DNA from: Bacteroidia bacterium
Lineage (GTDB): Bacteria; Bacteroidota; Bacteroidia; AKYH767-A; OLB10
Direction: 5' to 3'
DNA: 64,000 bases
Assembly: GCA_020847635.1 (NCBI GenBank)
Contig: JADLBQ010000026.1
Span: 3,531 to 67,530, forward strand
The notes below the pieces were generated by a model. The model saw nothing but the letters and a program-made list of their open reading frames with translations. It did no database searches and was not told the origin of the DNA. Position 1 is the stretch's first letter. Every line of letters begins with the position of its first letter. This document shows positions 20,239-29,384 of the stretch, piece by piece. The position numbers and the translations under genes are program-made.

Positions 20239-21369
20239 ATGCAAATTCCTTTTAACAAGCCGTTTCTTGCCGGCAAAGAACTGGACTATATTAAAGATGC
20301 TGTACACTCCGGAAAGATTTCAGGAGATGGAGCTTTTACCAGAAAGTGTCAGCAGTATTTTGAGCACCGCTATGGATTCCTGAAAACATTATTAACAACT
20401 TCCTGTACTGATGCGCTTGAAATGGCAGCTATTCTAAGTAATATCAAGCCAGGGGATGAAGTAATTTCACCTTCCTACACGTTTGTCTCAACTGTAAATG
20501 CTTTTGTACTTAGGGGTGCAAGAATCCACTTTATTGACAGCCATCCTGATCAGCCTAACATGAATGAGAACTTAATTGAGGAGGCTATTACAAAAAGAAC
20601 TAAAGCTATTCTGCCGGTTCATTATGCCGGTGTTAGCTGCAACATGGATCCGATTATGAAAATTGCCAGCAAACACCAGCTGATGGTTATTGAAGATGCT
20701 GCCCAGGCGATTGATTCATTTTACAAAGGCAAACCTTTAGGTAGCATCGGCCACTTTGCAGCATTTTCATTTCATGAAACCAAAAATATTATTTCCGGAG
20801 AAGGCGGAATGATTGCCATCAACCGGAAACCTTTCATTAAACGGGCTGAGATTATCCGGGAAAAAGGAACCAACCGAAGTGCTTTCTTCCGGGGAGAAGT
20901 CAATAAATATGGTTGGGTTGACATCGGTTCATCCTTTCTGCCTTCAGATATCATTGCTGCATTCCTATTTGCACAAATTGAACACCTTGACCAGATTCAA
21001 CAAAAGCGCAAATTACTGTGGACTCAATACCACCAAGCAATGCTTTTATTGGAGAAAGAAGGGAAAATCAGACTCCCGGTTATTCCAGGCTATGCAACTA
21101 ATAATGCTCACATGTTTTATTTTGTTTGTCGCAACCTGAAAGAACGCTCAGCCTTATTAAAACACCTCAAAAGCAAAGGAATCCTGGCTGTATTTCATTA
21201 TCTTTCACTTCACAAGTCTGCATTCTATAAAAAGATTCACGCTAAGAGAAAGTTAGACCATGCTGACCGATTTACTAACTGCCTGATCCGGCTTCCTCTT
21301 TTTTATGATATGACAAATCAGGAACAGGATAAGGTAATTGGTGAGGTTATCTCCTTTTATAAGAAATAA
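20239..21369 (+). CDS. wecE: dTDP-4-amino-4,6-dideoxygalactose transaminase (WecE/RffA family, DegT/DnrJ/EryC1 fold)
   Basis: The 376-aa product is near-colinear with E. coli WecE. Shared blocks are IPFNKPFLAGKELDYIKDAVHSGKISGDGAFTRKCQQYFE, SPSYTFVSTVNAFVLRGA, FSFHETKN (the PLP lysine), IIREKGTNRSAFFRGEVNKYGWVDIGSS, NNAHMFY and RLPLFYDM. Confidence 0.85.
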   Translation: MQIPFNKPFLAGKELDYIKDAVHSGKISGDGAFTRKCQQYFEHRYGFLKTLLTTSCTDALEMAAILSNIKPGDEVISPSYTFVSTVNAFVLRGARIHFIDSHPDQPNMNENLIEEAITKRTKAILPVHYAGVSCNMDPIMKIASKHQLMVIEDAAQAIDSFYKGKPLGSIGHFAAFSFHETKNIISGEGGMIAINRKPFIKRAEIIREKGTNRSAFFRGEVNKYGWVDIGSSFLPSDIIAAFLFAQIEHLDQIQQKRKLLWTQYHQAMLLLEKEGKIRLPVIPGYATNNAHMFYFVCRNLKERSALLKHLKSKGILAVFHYLSLHKSAFYKKIHAKRKLDHADRFTNCLIRLPLFYDMTNQEQDKVIGEVISFYKK

Positions 21370-21403
21370 GTTTCAGTAGCTGTCAACGTCAGCATGCTGA
21401 ATA

Positions 21404-22753
21404 CTACATCAATTGACCGGCAACGTTTGCCAGTTCGCTTCTTTCTCCTTTTTCCAGTGTAATGTGCGCGTAAAGCGGATTGTTCTTAATTTTCTCAATC
21501 ATTACTGAAAGACCGTTACTGTGTGAATCAAGATAAGGGGAATCTATCTGGAAAATATCACCGGTAAAAATAATTTTTGTGTCTTCACCGGCACGGGTAA
21601 TGATGGTTTTAACTTCATGAGGTGTAAGGTTTTGGGCCTCATCCACAATAAAACAAATATTAGAAAGGGATCTTCCTCTGATATAAGCAAGGGGAGTAAT
21701 ATGCAATTTTTCAGTTTCAATCATTTCATTCAATTTCTGAAACTCTTTATCCGATTCCTTGTACTGGTTCTGAATAAACTTGAGGTTATCCCAAAGAGGT
21801 TCCATGAAGGGATTGATCTTTGACTTAATGTCGCCCGGCAGGTATCCGATGTCTTTATTACTTAACGGAACAATTGGCCGGGAAAGATAAATCTGCCTGA
21901 ACTTACTTTTCTGATAAATGGCAGATGCCAGGGCAATCAGAGTTTTACCGGTTCCGGCAACTCCCTGTATGGATACTAATTTAATATGGGGATTAAGCAC
22001 AGCATGCATAGCAAAGGTTTGTTCTGCATTCCGGGGCCGGATTCCGGCACAGGTTTCCTTTGTTACCCGCTCTATCCTTTCAGTCTGAGGATTGTAAAAT
22101 ACCAGTGCCGATGTTGATTCATTTTTTGTTTTCAGAATAAAATAATGATTGGCAACCGGCCTTTTCTTCATGAGTTCGCGGTAATGACACGAACCGTTGT
22201 GATAAATCAGATCAATTACTTTTCGGGATACGTTCTTTAATAATGTCTTTCCCGAATAAAGGGTTTCAGGGCTTTGAATATTTCCAGTCTGATAATCTTC
22301 AGAAGCAATATTAAGTGACCTTGCTTTCAGCCTGAGGTTAATGTCCTTTGAGACCAACACTACTTTCCGGTCTGTAATTTCTTCCTTTAATGCCAGAGCA
22401 GCATTGATAATGTTATGATCAGCTTTTCGTTCATGGAAAACCTGGTTGGCATCCACCCCATTCCCATTTTCATTCATCAACACCCTGAATCTGCCCCGTG
22501 TAGAACCATTGAGGGGAATCCAGTCTTGAAGGGAATATTTAAATGACAGCTTATCTATACTGCGGATAAACTCACGGGCTTCAAAATTGATTACATCATT
22601 TCCCTTTTTAAAACGGTCTATTTCTTCCAAAACCGTAATCGGAATGGCAACATCATGTTCTTTAAAATTGAATATAATATTATGATCAAAAAGGATAGCT
22701 GAAGTGTCAATGACAAATACCTTCCTCTCGGCATTACTGTTTTTCTTTCCCAT
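21404..22753 (-). CDS. PhoH2-type protein (N-terminal PIN domain fused to a PhoH ATPase)
   Basis: The 449-aa ORF has a PIN-like N-terminus (VFVIDTSAILFDHN...VAIPITVLEEID). The PhoH domain carries Walker A (GVAGTGKTLIALA) and Walker B (FIVDEAQNLT). Confidence 0.85.
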   Translation of the reverse strand: MGKKNSNAERKVFVIDTSAILFDHNIIFNFKEHDVAIPITVLEEIDRFKKGNDVINFEAREFIRSIDKLSFKYSLQDWIPLNGSTRGRFRVLMNENGNGVDANQVFHERKADHNIINAALALKEEITDRKVVLVSKDINLRLKARSLNIASEDYQTGNIQSPETLYSGKTLLKNVSRKVIDLIYHNGSCHYRELMKKRPVANHYFILKTKNESTSALVFYNPQTERIERVTKETCAGIRPRNAEQTFAMHAVLNPHIKLVSIQGVAGTGKTLIALASAIYQKSKFRQIYLSRPIVPLSNKDIGYLPGDIKSKINPFMEPLWDNLKFIQNQYKESDKEFQKLNEMIETEKLHITPLAYIRGRSLSNICFIVDEAQNLTPHEVKTIITRAGEDTKIIFTGDIFQIDSPYLDSHSNGLSVMIEKIKNNPLYAHITLEKGERSELANVAGQLM

Positions 22754-23026
22754 TCATAAAGAACTTTAAAGTACCATTGTTGAAGTTTGGGCTTACAGGC
22801 AACAAACAAATCAATGTTCACTGCCAAAGGTCAATGACTAACCGATGGTTTGGATTCTTTCTCTTTAAAAGTTCTCTACAGTTCCAATGTTAATTACTCC
22901 TTCTCTATTCATCTGGATTTACTAAGCAGGAATCTCCCCTTTCAAACCGGCTGCAGCTAAAACAATGCATTGAGAACTCTGTTAATCTTTTTTGTACTGC
23001 CACCTTTACCCGAACAAAAAAAGACT

Positions 23027-23034
23027 TACGTTTG
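23027..23034 (+). promoter_or_regulatory. -7 promoter box TACGTTTG directly abutting the pyrR-like start codon
   Basis: The sequence matches TAnnTTTG exactly. Only 4 nt separate its final G from the ATG at 23039. Confidence 0.4.
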
Positions 23035-23038
23035 AGCT

Positions 23039-23548
23039 ATGACAGAACAAAACCGAATCCTGTTATTGAATAAAGAGCAGATTGAACAACGTATTAACCG
23101 TATTGCCTTTCAGATTTATGAAGATTGCTACAATGAAAAAGAGGTTCTTATTGCCGGAATTCGTAAAAATGGATTTACCCTGGCAGCTAAAATTGAAAAA
23201 GTCTTAAACAAGATCTGCAAACTAAAAACAAGACTTATTGAAGTCAGGATTGATAAATCGCATCCGCTCGAAAAACCAATTGAGCTATCGGTTGATTCAA
23301 AAGAGATGAGTGGAAAAACAGTGATACTGGTAGATGATGTCCTCAATTCAGGAAAAACGCTTACCTATTCTCTGCGTAAAATGCTGAATGCTGATTTAAA
23401 GAAACTAAGAACGGTCTTGCTAGTGGACCGGGATCATAAGCTATATCCTGTTTCAGCCGATTTTGTTGGAATGACATTATCTACCACCATGCAGGAACAT
23501 GTTACCTGTGAATTCAGAGATAAAGATGAATATGTTTATCTCAGCTGA
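23039..23548 (+). CDS. pyrR: PyrR-family phosphoribosyltransferase (pyrimidine operon regulator / uracil PRTase-like)
   Basis: The 169-aa product aligns by eye with B. subtilis PyrR. The PRPP loop is VILVDDVLNSGKTL, and LLVDRDHKLYPVSADFVGMTLSTT corresponds to [23 protein letters not shown]. Confidence 0.7.
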   Translation: MTEQNRILLLNKEQIEQRINRIAFQIYEDCYNEKEVLIAGIRKNGFTLAAKIEKVLNKICKLKTRLIEVRIDKSHPLEKPIELSVDSKEMSGKTVILVDDVLNSGKTLTYSLRKMLNADLKKLRTVLLVDRDHKLYPVSADFVGMTLSTTMQEHVTCEFRDKDEYVYLS

Positions 23549-23621
23549 AAAGCAACTCAGGAAAGAACATGACCTCGTTTTTTATAGAAAACAATAGTTA
23601 ACTTCTTACGTTCAACCATTC

Positions 23622-24815
23622 ATGATTAAGTTATCAGACCGCATTGAGCAATTACAAGAGTCACAGACCCTCACCATGGCACGTATTAGCCGGGAACTGA
23701 AGGAACAGGGGCTTGACATCATTTCCTTAAGTCTTGGTGAACCCGATTTCATAACCCCAGTTTATATTAGGGAAGCAGCTAAAAAAGCAATTGACAAAGG
23801 GTATTCACATTACCCGCCCATTTCTGGTTACATGGATTTGCGAAAAGCAATTTGTGAGAAATTCAAGAATGAAAATAACTTAATCTTTTCACCCGATCAG
23901 ATTATTGTATCTACGGGTGCTAAACAGTCAATTGCCAATGCTGTTCTGGTAACTATCAATCCGGGTGATGAAGTAATTGTTCCGGCACCGTATTGGGTCA
24001 GCTATGCTCAGATTATTCAACTTGCCGGGGGTACTCCGGTGTTTATCACTACTTCTATTGAATCGGATTTTAAAATAACACCTCAACAACTTGAAGCTGC
24101 CATTTCGTCAAAGACTCGGTTGTTTATCTACTCATCACCCTGCAATCCTACCGGCTCTGTTTACTCATTCGATGAATTGAAAGCTCTGAGTGAAGTCTTT
24201 GCAAAACACCCGAATATTCTTATCATTTCTGATGAAATATATGAGCATATTAATTTTATAGGTAAGCATGAATCTATTGCCCAGTTTGAGAATATCCGAA
24301 ATCAGGTGATTATTGTTAACGGAGTATCCAAAGCTTATGCGATGACCGGCTGGCGAATCGGTTACCTGGCAGCTGACAAACAGATTACAAAAGCGTGTGA
24401 CAAGATGCAGGGGCAATTTACTTCCGCTGCATCGTCAATCGCTCAACGAGCTGCACTTGCTGCCATTTCTTCCAATGATCCCGAAACCATCCGGATGCAA
24501 ACTGCTTTCAGGCGAAGGCGTGACCTGGTTGTAAATCTTTTAAGTAAAATTCCAGGACTCTCAGTGAATCAGCCACAAGGAGCATTTTATGTGTTCCCGG
24601 ATGTAAGTAGCTTTTTTGGTAAACAATATAACGGTTCTGTTATTAATACACCTGAAGACCTGTGTATGTTTCTGCTTAAAGATGCACAGGTTTCCCTGGT
24701 TACAGGTGAAGCATTTGGTGATAACAATTGTTTACGAATTTCGTATGCAGCCGCAGATGAGAAATTAGTTAATGCAATTGAGAGGATAAGTAAATCTTTA
24801 CAAAAGTTAAGCTAA
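23622..24815 (+). CDS. Class I PLP-dependent aminotransferase (aspartate/aromatic aminotransferase-like)
   Basis: The 397-aa ORF has the motifs LSLGEPDF, NPTG and SKAYAMTGWRIGY (the PLP-binding Lys). Confidence 0.85.
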   Translation: MIKLSDRIEQLQESQTLTMARISRELKEQGLDIISLSLGEPDFITPVYIREAAKKAIDKGYSHYPPISGYMDLRKAICEKFKNENNLIFSPDQIIVSTGAKQSIANAVLVTINPGDEVIVPAPYWVSYAQIIQLAGGTPVFITTSIESDFKITPQQLEAAISSKTRLFIYSSPCNPTGSVYSFDELKALSEVFAKHPNILIISDEIYEHINFIGKHESIAQFENIRNQVIIVNGVSKAYAMTGWRIGYLAADKQITKACDKMQGQFTSAASSIAQRAALAAISSNDPETIRMQTAFRRRRDLVVNLLSKIPGLSVNQPQGAFYVFPDVSSFFGKQYNGSVINTPEDLCMFLLKDAQVSLVTGEAFGDNNCLRISYAAADEKLVNAIERISKSLQKLS

Positions 24816-24818
24816 TAA

Positions 24819-25679
24819 TTGAGAAAACTAATAAAAAATCTTTTATACAAAATCGGCATTGATATCCGGTTTACAGTTATAAACTATAATCTGGCTTTAT
24901 ATAAACGCCTGTTCAATAAAGAATCAATTGAAAACCGGAGATTTTATAATGTTGGCCAGGCAGCCTTTTTTCATCCGGCATGGACAATAATTGATAATTT
25001 TAAGGGTAAACTGCCCGGTAATTATGCCATGAGCCATAATTTGATGAGTCTCAAATCATTACCAATAGAAGACAACACTGCCGAACTTATTTATTCATCG
25101 CATACTCTTGAACATATTACTAATAAAGCGGTCAGCTTCTTTCTAACAGATGCTTACCGGATTTTAAAACCTAACGGAATACTCCGGATTATTGTTCCGG
25201 ATATCATGCTTTCATATAATGCCTGGAAGAATAATGATACCGATTTTTTCTTCTGGATTAAAGATGCATACCAGGATGGAAGTTTCAGCAAGGTTAATCT
25301 GAAGATACCCCTGTTTGAGGCTTCACTGACGCAGGTTTTTCTTGAAGATTTTGCATCTACTGTTTCGGAATTGGCTGTGGTTGGGGCTGAAAACAGAATC
25401 TCTGACGAAGAGTTCAAACAGCTTTTTAAAACTATGGCACCTGAAGAAGCATTTGATTATTGCACAAGCCGATGTCCTGAAGAATTACAAGAACAATTGC
25501 CCTATCTGCATATCAACTGGTTTAATGAATCAAAACTTAAAAACATGCTGAGGCAGGCTGGTTTTAAAAAAATTTATCTTTCACGATGGGGTCAAAGCAA
25601 TTCACCTGTGATGCGTGAGACCCGATTATTTGACACAACTCTTGCTAAAGTGAGTTTGTACATGGAAGCAATTAAGTAA
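24819..25679 (+). CDS. Class I SAM-dependent methyltransferase
   Basis: The 286-aa ORF has Methyltransf_11/23-like blocks (IYSSHTLEHI, ILKPNGILRIIVPD). It uses a TTG start 3 nt after the aminotransferase stop. Confidence 0.6.
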   Translation: MRKLIKNLLYKIGIDIRFTVINYNLALYKRLFNKESIENRRFYNVGQAAFFHPAWTIIDNFKGKLPGNYAMSHNLMSLKSLPIEDNTAELIYSSHTLEHITNKAVSFFLTDAYRILKPNGILRIIVPDIMLSYNAWKNNDTDFFFWIKDAYQDGSFSKVNLKIPLFEASLTQVFLEDFASTVSELAVVGAENRISDEEFKQLFKTMAPEEAFDYCTSRCPEELQEQLPYLHINWFNESKLKNMLRQAGFKKIYLSRWGQSNSPVMRETRLFDTTLAKVSLYMEAIK

Positions 25680-26198
25680 TCAGTTCTTACCCAGACCGAA
25701 TTTTTCATTTATGATCCGCATCCATTCATGATAATCGGCTACTCCGAAATGTACCTCAGGGCTTGTAACACCATCGTAAATTAACATCCCGGTAACATAT
25801 TGGGAAGAATCCCTTCGGTTGAAAATAAACAAGTCAGTACCGGCTGGATGGGCTATGATTACTTTTGAGGTTACCGGTGCACACAAAATTCCTGAAGTTC
25901 CTAATGTATCGCAGACCATGCTGCTGTAATAGACAAAATCACTGATTACTTCAATTATTTCACCTACGGTATCCTGCTCAGCCATCCGGTTAATTTCATC
26001 ATCATCCGGCAGAAAGAACATAACCTGTTTTTCATTGTTCAGCAAAAGGGTATCTGCATTTGAAAATAACTCATCATAGTCTGCAGAAGTATCCACTGCT
26101 TCCACTTCCGTTTGAGCTTCGCTATGGTTGTTTGTCTTACAGGAACAGCAAGCCATTACCAGCCATCCCACCATAAAAACAAGGACTATTCTTTTCAT
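25680..26198 (-). CDS. Hypothetical lipoprotein
   Basis: The 172-aa ORF has a signal peptide with a Cys-rich lipobox region (LVMACCSCK). I recognise no family. Confidence 0.5.
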   Translation of the reverse strand: MKRIVLVFMVGWLVMACCSCKTNNHSEAQTEVEAVDTSADYDELFSNADTLLLNNEKQVMFFLPDDDEINRMAEQDTVGEIIEVISDFVYYSSMVCDTLGTSGILCAPVTSKVIIAHPAGTDLFIFNRRDSSQYVTGMLIYDGVTSPEVHFGVADYHEWMRIINEKFGLGKN

Positions 26199-26220
26199 TT
26201 CAAAACTTCTTAGTTTATTA

Positions 26221-27390
26221 CTATTTGACTAACTCAATTGCTTCGGTATATAATTTTATAAAATGACCAGCAACCTGTTCCATAGAAAAATCAGAACGTA
26301 CTGCTTCAAATCCGCGCTTACCCATTGCATTCCGTTCTGCAAGTGTAGTATTAAACACGGAATCAATTTTCGTTTTGATAACATTTTCATTGATGGGTGT
26401 TACCCATCCACACCGGTTTTCAATAACAAAAGGAGCCAGACTCACCTGATCAGAAAGCAATACCGGAAGCCCTGAAGCAAGTGCTTCTGCAGCAGCCATT
26501 CCAAAGTTCTCATGATAACTGGTTAATACCAGCACATCGTGATTATGAAATGTTTCTGTTCTTTTCTCTGCGCTTAAAGGTCCGCAGAATTTTACTATCT
26601 CTTGAAGGTTAAGTTGTTCAACAACCTGTTTAAGATGTTGTTGATAACCCTCTTCATCTCCTCCATAAAGGTTATACCGGATTCTGTCTTTTACCCGTTG
26701 TTCAAGTAATGACATTGCTCTTAGAAACGGTTCCAGGCCTTTTATCGCATGAAGTCTTCCAAGAAACATCATTCTCAGAACAGGCTGGTCCTTTTTTTCT
26801 ATAAATCCTTCCTGTGAATTAAAATTAAAACCAATCGGTATTATCTCCTTGCGGATTCTCTTATTAATAACCGCTCTTGTTGATTCTCCGGCTGCAGTAA
26901 AATGCACTGCAAATGCATTCGCCAGCAGGTTATCCTCATAAAAGAACCGGTGAATTTTCTTTATCCAGAAAGATTTCCGCAGGCTATAATCACTCAACAT
27001 ACCGTGCGGAGTAAGAATAAACGGAATTTCATTTTTCACAGCAAACTGCATCCCAATCTTTGAAAATGCATTGAACAGCGTATTAACGTGGATCAAATCC
27101 ACATCAGTATAACCACGCAATGCTTTTTTTATCAATGGCGAATTAAAATAAGCATATCCTGTAAAATTTTTTGAACGGGGCAGGTAATGAGCTGTTACTC
27201 CGTTAACTTGCTGTGTAACAATTTGATTTGTTGCAAAAAGTGACTCTGGTCCATTTGCATTTAATGTCAGCACATCAACCTGGCAGGAGTGATGCTCAGC
27301 CAAATATTCTGCCAGGTCAGCAATACATTTTGGCGGACCTCCATATCTCCATGCCGGAACATAATACGGAGTTACAAATAGTAGTTTCAT
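26221..27390 (-). CDS. Glycosyltransferase family 4 (GT-B fold)
   Basis: The 389-aa ORF has an N-terminus typical of the family (MKLLFVTPYYVPAWRYGGP). Its C-terminal EX7E-type region reads SYHENFGMAAAEALASGLPVLLSD. Confidence 0.8.
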   Translation of the reverse strand: MKLLFVTPYYVPAWRYGGPPKCIADLAEYLAEHHSCQVDVLTLNANGPESLFATNQIVTQQVNGVTAHYLPRSKNFTGYAYFNSPLIKKALRGYTDVDLIHVNTLFNAFSKIGMQFAVKNEIPFILTPHGMLSDYSLRKSFWIKKIHRFFYEDNLLANAFAVHFTAAGESTRAVINKRIRKEIIPIGFNFNSQEGFIEKKDQPVLRMMFLGRLHAIKGLEPFLRAMSLLEQRVKDRIRYNLYGGDEEGYQQHLKQVVEQLNLQEIVKFCGPLSAEKRTETFHNHDVLVLTSYHENFGMAAAEALASGLPVLLSDQVSLAPFVIENRCGWVTPINENVIKTKIDSVFNTTLAERNAMGKRGFEAVRSDFSMEQVAGHFIKLYTEAIELVK

Positions 27391-27460
27391 TTAACCACTG
27401 GGTGAACAAATTAACGCTCTCGTACTAAAGAAAATCCTGCTTATTCTGCAACTGCTGGCT

Positions 27461-27781
27461 TCAGGCTTGGGCAGTCGGACCACCAAAATTTAGTGGTAAC
27501 CCGATGGCTTCTGTCTGCTTAATGGTACCATGTGCACTTTCATACTTTGAAATATTGTCTGCTAGAGCATTCAGTAATCGCTTGGCATGCTGAGGTGTCA
27601 GCAGAATCCGTGATTTAACTTTTGCCTTTGGCACTCCGGGCATGACTTTGACAAAATCAACAACAAACTCTGAGTTTGAATGCGTAATGATTGCCAGGTT
27701 AGAATAAATACCTTCAGCTATTTCTTCGCTGAGTTCGATATTTAACTGATTTTGATTTTTATCTTTTTCTTCCATAATCAC
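27461..27781 (-). CDS. DUF3467-family small protein
   Basis: In this 106-aa ORF, the block NIELSEEIAEGIYSNLAIITHSNSEFVVDFV...LLTPQHAKRLL resembles DUF3467 proteins as I recall them. Confidence 0.55.
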   Translation of the reverse strand: MIMEEKDKNQNQLNIELSEEIAEGIYSNLAIITHSNSEFVVDFVKVMPGVPKAKVKSRILLTPQHAKRLLNALADNISKYESAHGTIKQTEAIGLPLNFGGPTAQA

Positions 27782-27792
27782 ATGATAATAAA

Positions 27793-28470
27793 TTAATTTC
27801 TGTTTCCGGAATCCGGCATTTCCATGACCTGGTAACTCCTCAGATCGAAAACGTTTTCATTGACTTTACCTTCTTTAAAATCGGAAAACCGAGTTATGCT
27901 TTTTTCTTCGGGCGTGTTAATCTTATACGAAACCATTTCTACCGGGAATCCTACAATCCCTGGCCATTGCCTGAGTCCCGAAAGATAACCTGATACCGGA
28001 CTGTTCTTTGTTTTTGGCATTCTGCCAGCTGTATTTTCATACGATAGATTAAGGTCACTGGTAAGCCACATTTCTGTTCTTTCACCGTTACTTTCAGCAA
28101 TTGCTTTCCGGCAGTTAAAGCCATCAACTACTTGCTGTTCATCGGTCTGAGTCAATTTGATTTCATCAGGTTGCTTTTCAACCAGGTCATCTGTCAACTT
28201 TACCACCATTGCATAACGGGGAGCACCCTCCTTCTCGGCAAGACTGGTCATAGTCATGTTCTTAAAATCAAAAATTGTTCTCACTAAACCCGGATTTTTA
28301 CCGACAACCAGATCCATTGCCATCTTGTTATCTTTAAAATTAAAAAAGACAGTAACCGGCTCTTTTGATTTGCTGTTTTCAACTGTCATGGTATAACTTC
28401 CTGTCCATGATTGTGCATTGCCTAAAAAGCTAAAAAAGACAAGAAACAAAACAGGAATAAAATTTTTCAT
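27793..28470 (-). CDS. Hypothetical secreted protein
   Basis: I preferred the ATG at 28470 (MKNFIPVLFLVFFSFLGNAQS, a clean signal peptide) over the TTG at 28494. No family is recognised with confidence; it may be DUF4412-like. Confidence 0.5.
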   Translation of the reverse strand: MKNFIPVLFLVFFSFLGNAQSWTGSYTMTVENSKSKEPVTVFFNFKDNKMAMDLVVGKNPGLVRTIFDFKNMTMTSLAEKEGAPRYAMVVKLTDDLVEKQPDEIKLTQTDEQQVVDGFNCRKAIAESNGERTEMWLTSDLNLSYENTAGRMPKTKNSPVSGYLSGLRQWPGIVGFPVEMVSYKINTPEEKSITRFSDFKEGKVNENVFDLRSYQVMEMPDSGNRN

Positions 28471-28488
28471 TTTTTTACTGCCAATTCT

Positions 28489-29352
28489 ATGCAATGTTAC
28501 TCAAAAGTTTCAGAATATAAGCAACTTGTCGCTATTCTTTATTTGATTTTAACATTCAGCTTTATTTCGCTGGATTCATTAAAATCCCAACCCTGGACAG
28601 ACCTGGTTGCAGTCCGCTACATCAACTTACCAAAGTTAAGTGAACCGGCTGCCAATCTTTCCTGGCTGCACACTGATTTCACTTATGGTTTTTCATATGG
28701 CAGCAATGTGTATGGTCTAAATCCGTCTTTTGAAAAAATTGCAGCTGCGGATGGTGTCCCGGTTTATTCGCTCTCTCTTCCGCTGCTGTTTTCCCATACC
28801 TGGTGTGATACTGCATGGAAATCTGTTTTCATAGTAATTGGAAGACTGAATTCGGATTTAAAAAGCATTACTGGAGATGACTATCAGGCAGGCTTTGCGA
28901 CCATTCATTCCTATCATCAATCAGCAAAATTTAAATATAAGTTTGGATTTTATATCAATACAGATTACCCGGGGATTTTTATGCTTCCGCTTGCCGGTTT
29001 TGACTGGAAAATTTCTGAACGGTTTTTGATCAGCACCTTACTACCAACCAATTTTATTGCCGAAATAAAATTAGTTCCCGGCAAGGTTCACGCTGGAGGT
29101 ATATTCCGGTCATTTACCAAATCATTCAGGTATGAAAGCGGATATTATCTAAGTATGAGGGATAATTACTCGGCTCTGTTTACTGATTTTTATTTTTCAG
29201 GATCCTTGGTTCTGAATGCTGAGGCAGGTTATTCCTTCTTCAGAAATTACAAAACCGGAATCAGAGATGGAAATATAACAGCAACCGGGCTCTCTGCACC
29301 GGATGGTCTGATGTTCCGAGCTGCCTTGATTTATCGCTTACGAAGAGATTAA
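28489..29352 (+). CDS. Hypothetical protein, possibly an outer-membrane beta-barrel
   Basis: The 287-aa ORF has a hydrophobic N-terminus. Alternating aromatic/hydrophilic beta-strand-like segments follow, and the C-terminal strand reads FRAALIYRL. Confidence 0.4.
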   Translation: MQCYSKVSEYKQLVAILYLILTFSFISLDSLKSQPWTDLVAVRYINLPKLSEPAANLSWLHTDFTYGFSYGSNVYGLNPSFEKIAAADGVPVYSLSLPLLFSHTWCDTAWKSVFIVIGRLNSDLKSITGDDYQAGFATIHSYHQSAKFKYKFGFYINTDYPGIFMLPLAGFDWKISERFLISTLLPTNFIAEIKLVPGKVHAGGIFRSFTKSFRYESGYYLSMRDNYSALFTDFYFSGSLVLNAEAGYSFFRNYKTGIRDGNITATGLSAPDGLMFRAALIYRLRRD

Positions 29353-29384
29353 ATTCGTTTGTTAAATTTTTCGACATTTGCACG

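Noticed and set aside
22759-22875. An imperfect 12-13-nt inverted repeat (AGAACTTTAAAG ... CTTTAAAAGTTCT) in the phoH2 upstream region
   Set aside because: It is AT-rich, has one indel, and its arms are about 90 nt apart. It cannot be distinguished from chance in an AT-rich spacer.
25677-25682. Convergent genes with directly abutting stop codons (TAATCA). The same hexamer occurs at 35041-35046, and a 2-nt gap occurs at 29886-29893.
   Set aside because: This is seen three times but is best explained by general genome compaction. The shared hexamer is simply TAA followed by the reverse complement of TGA. No hairpin or other conserved flanking structure is present.
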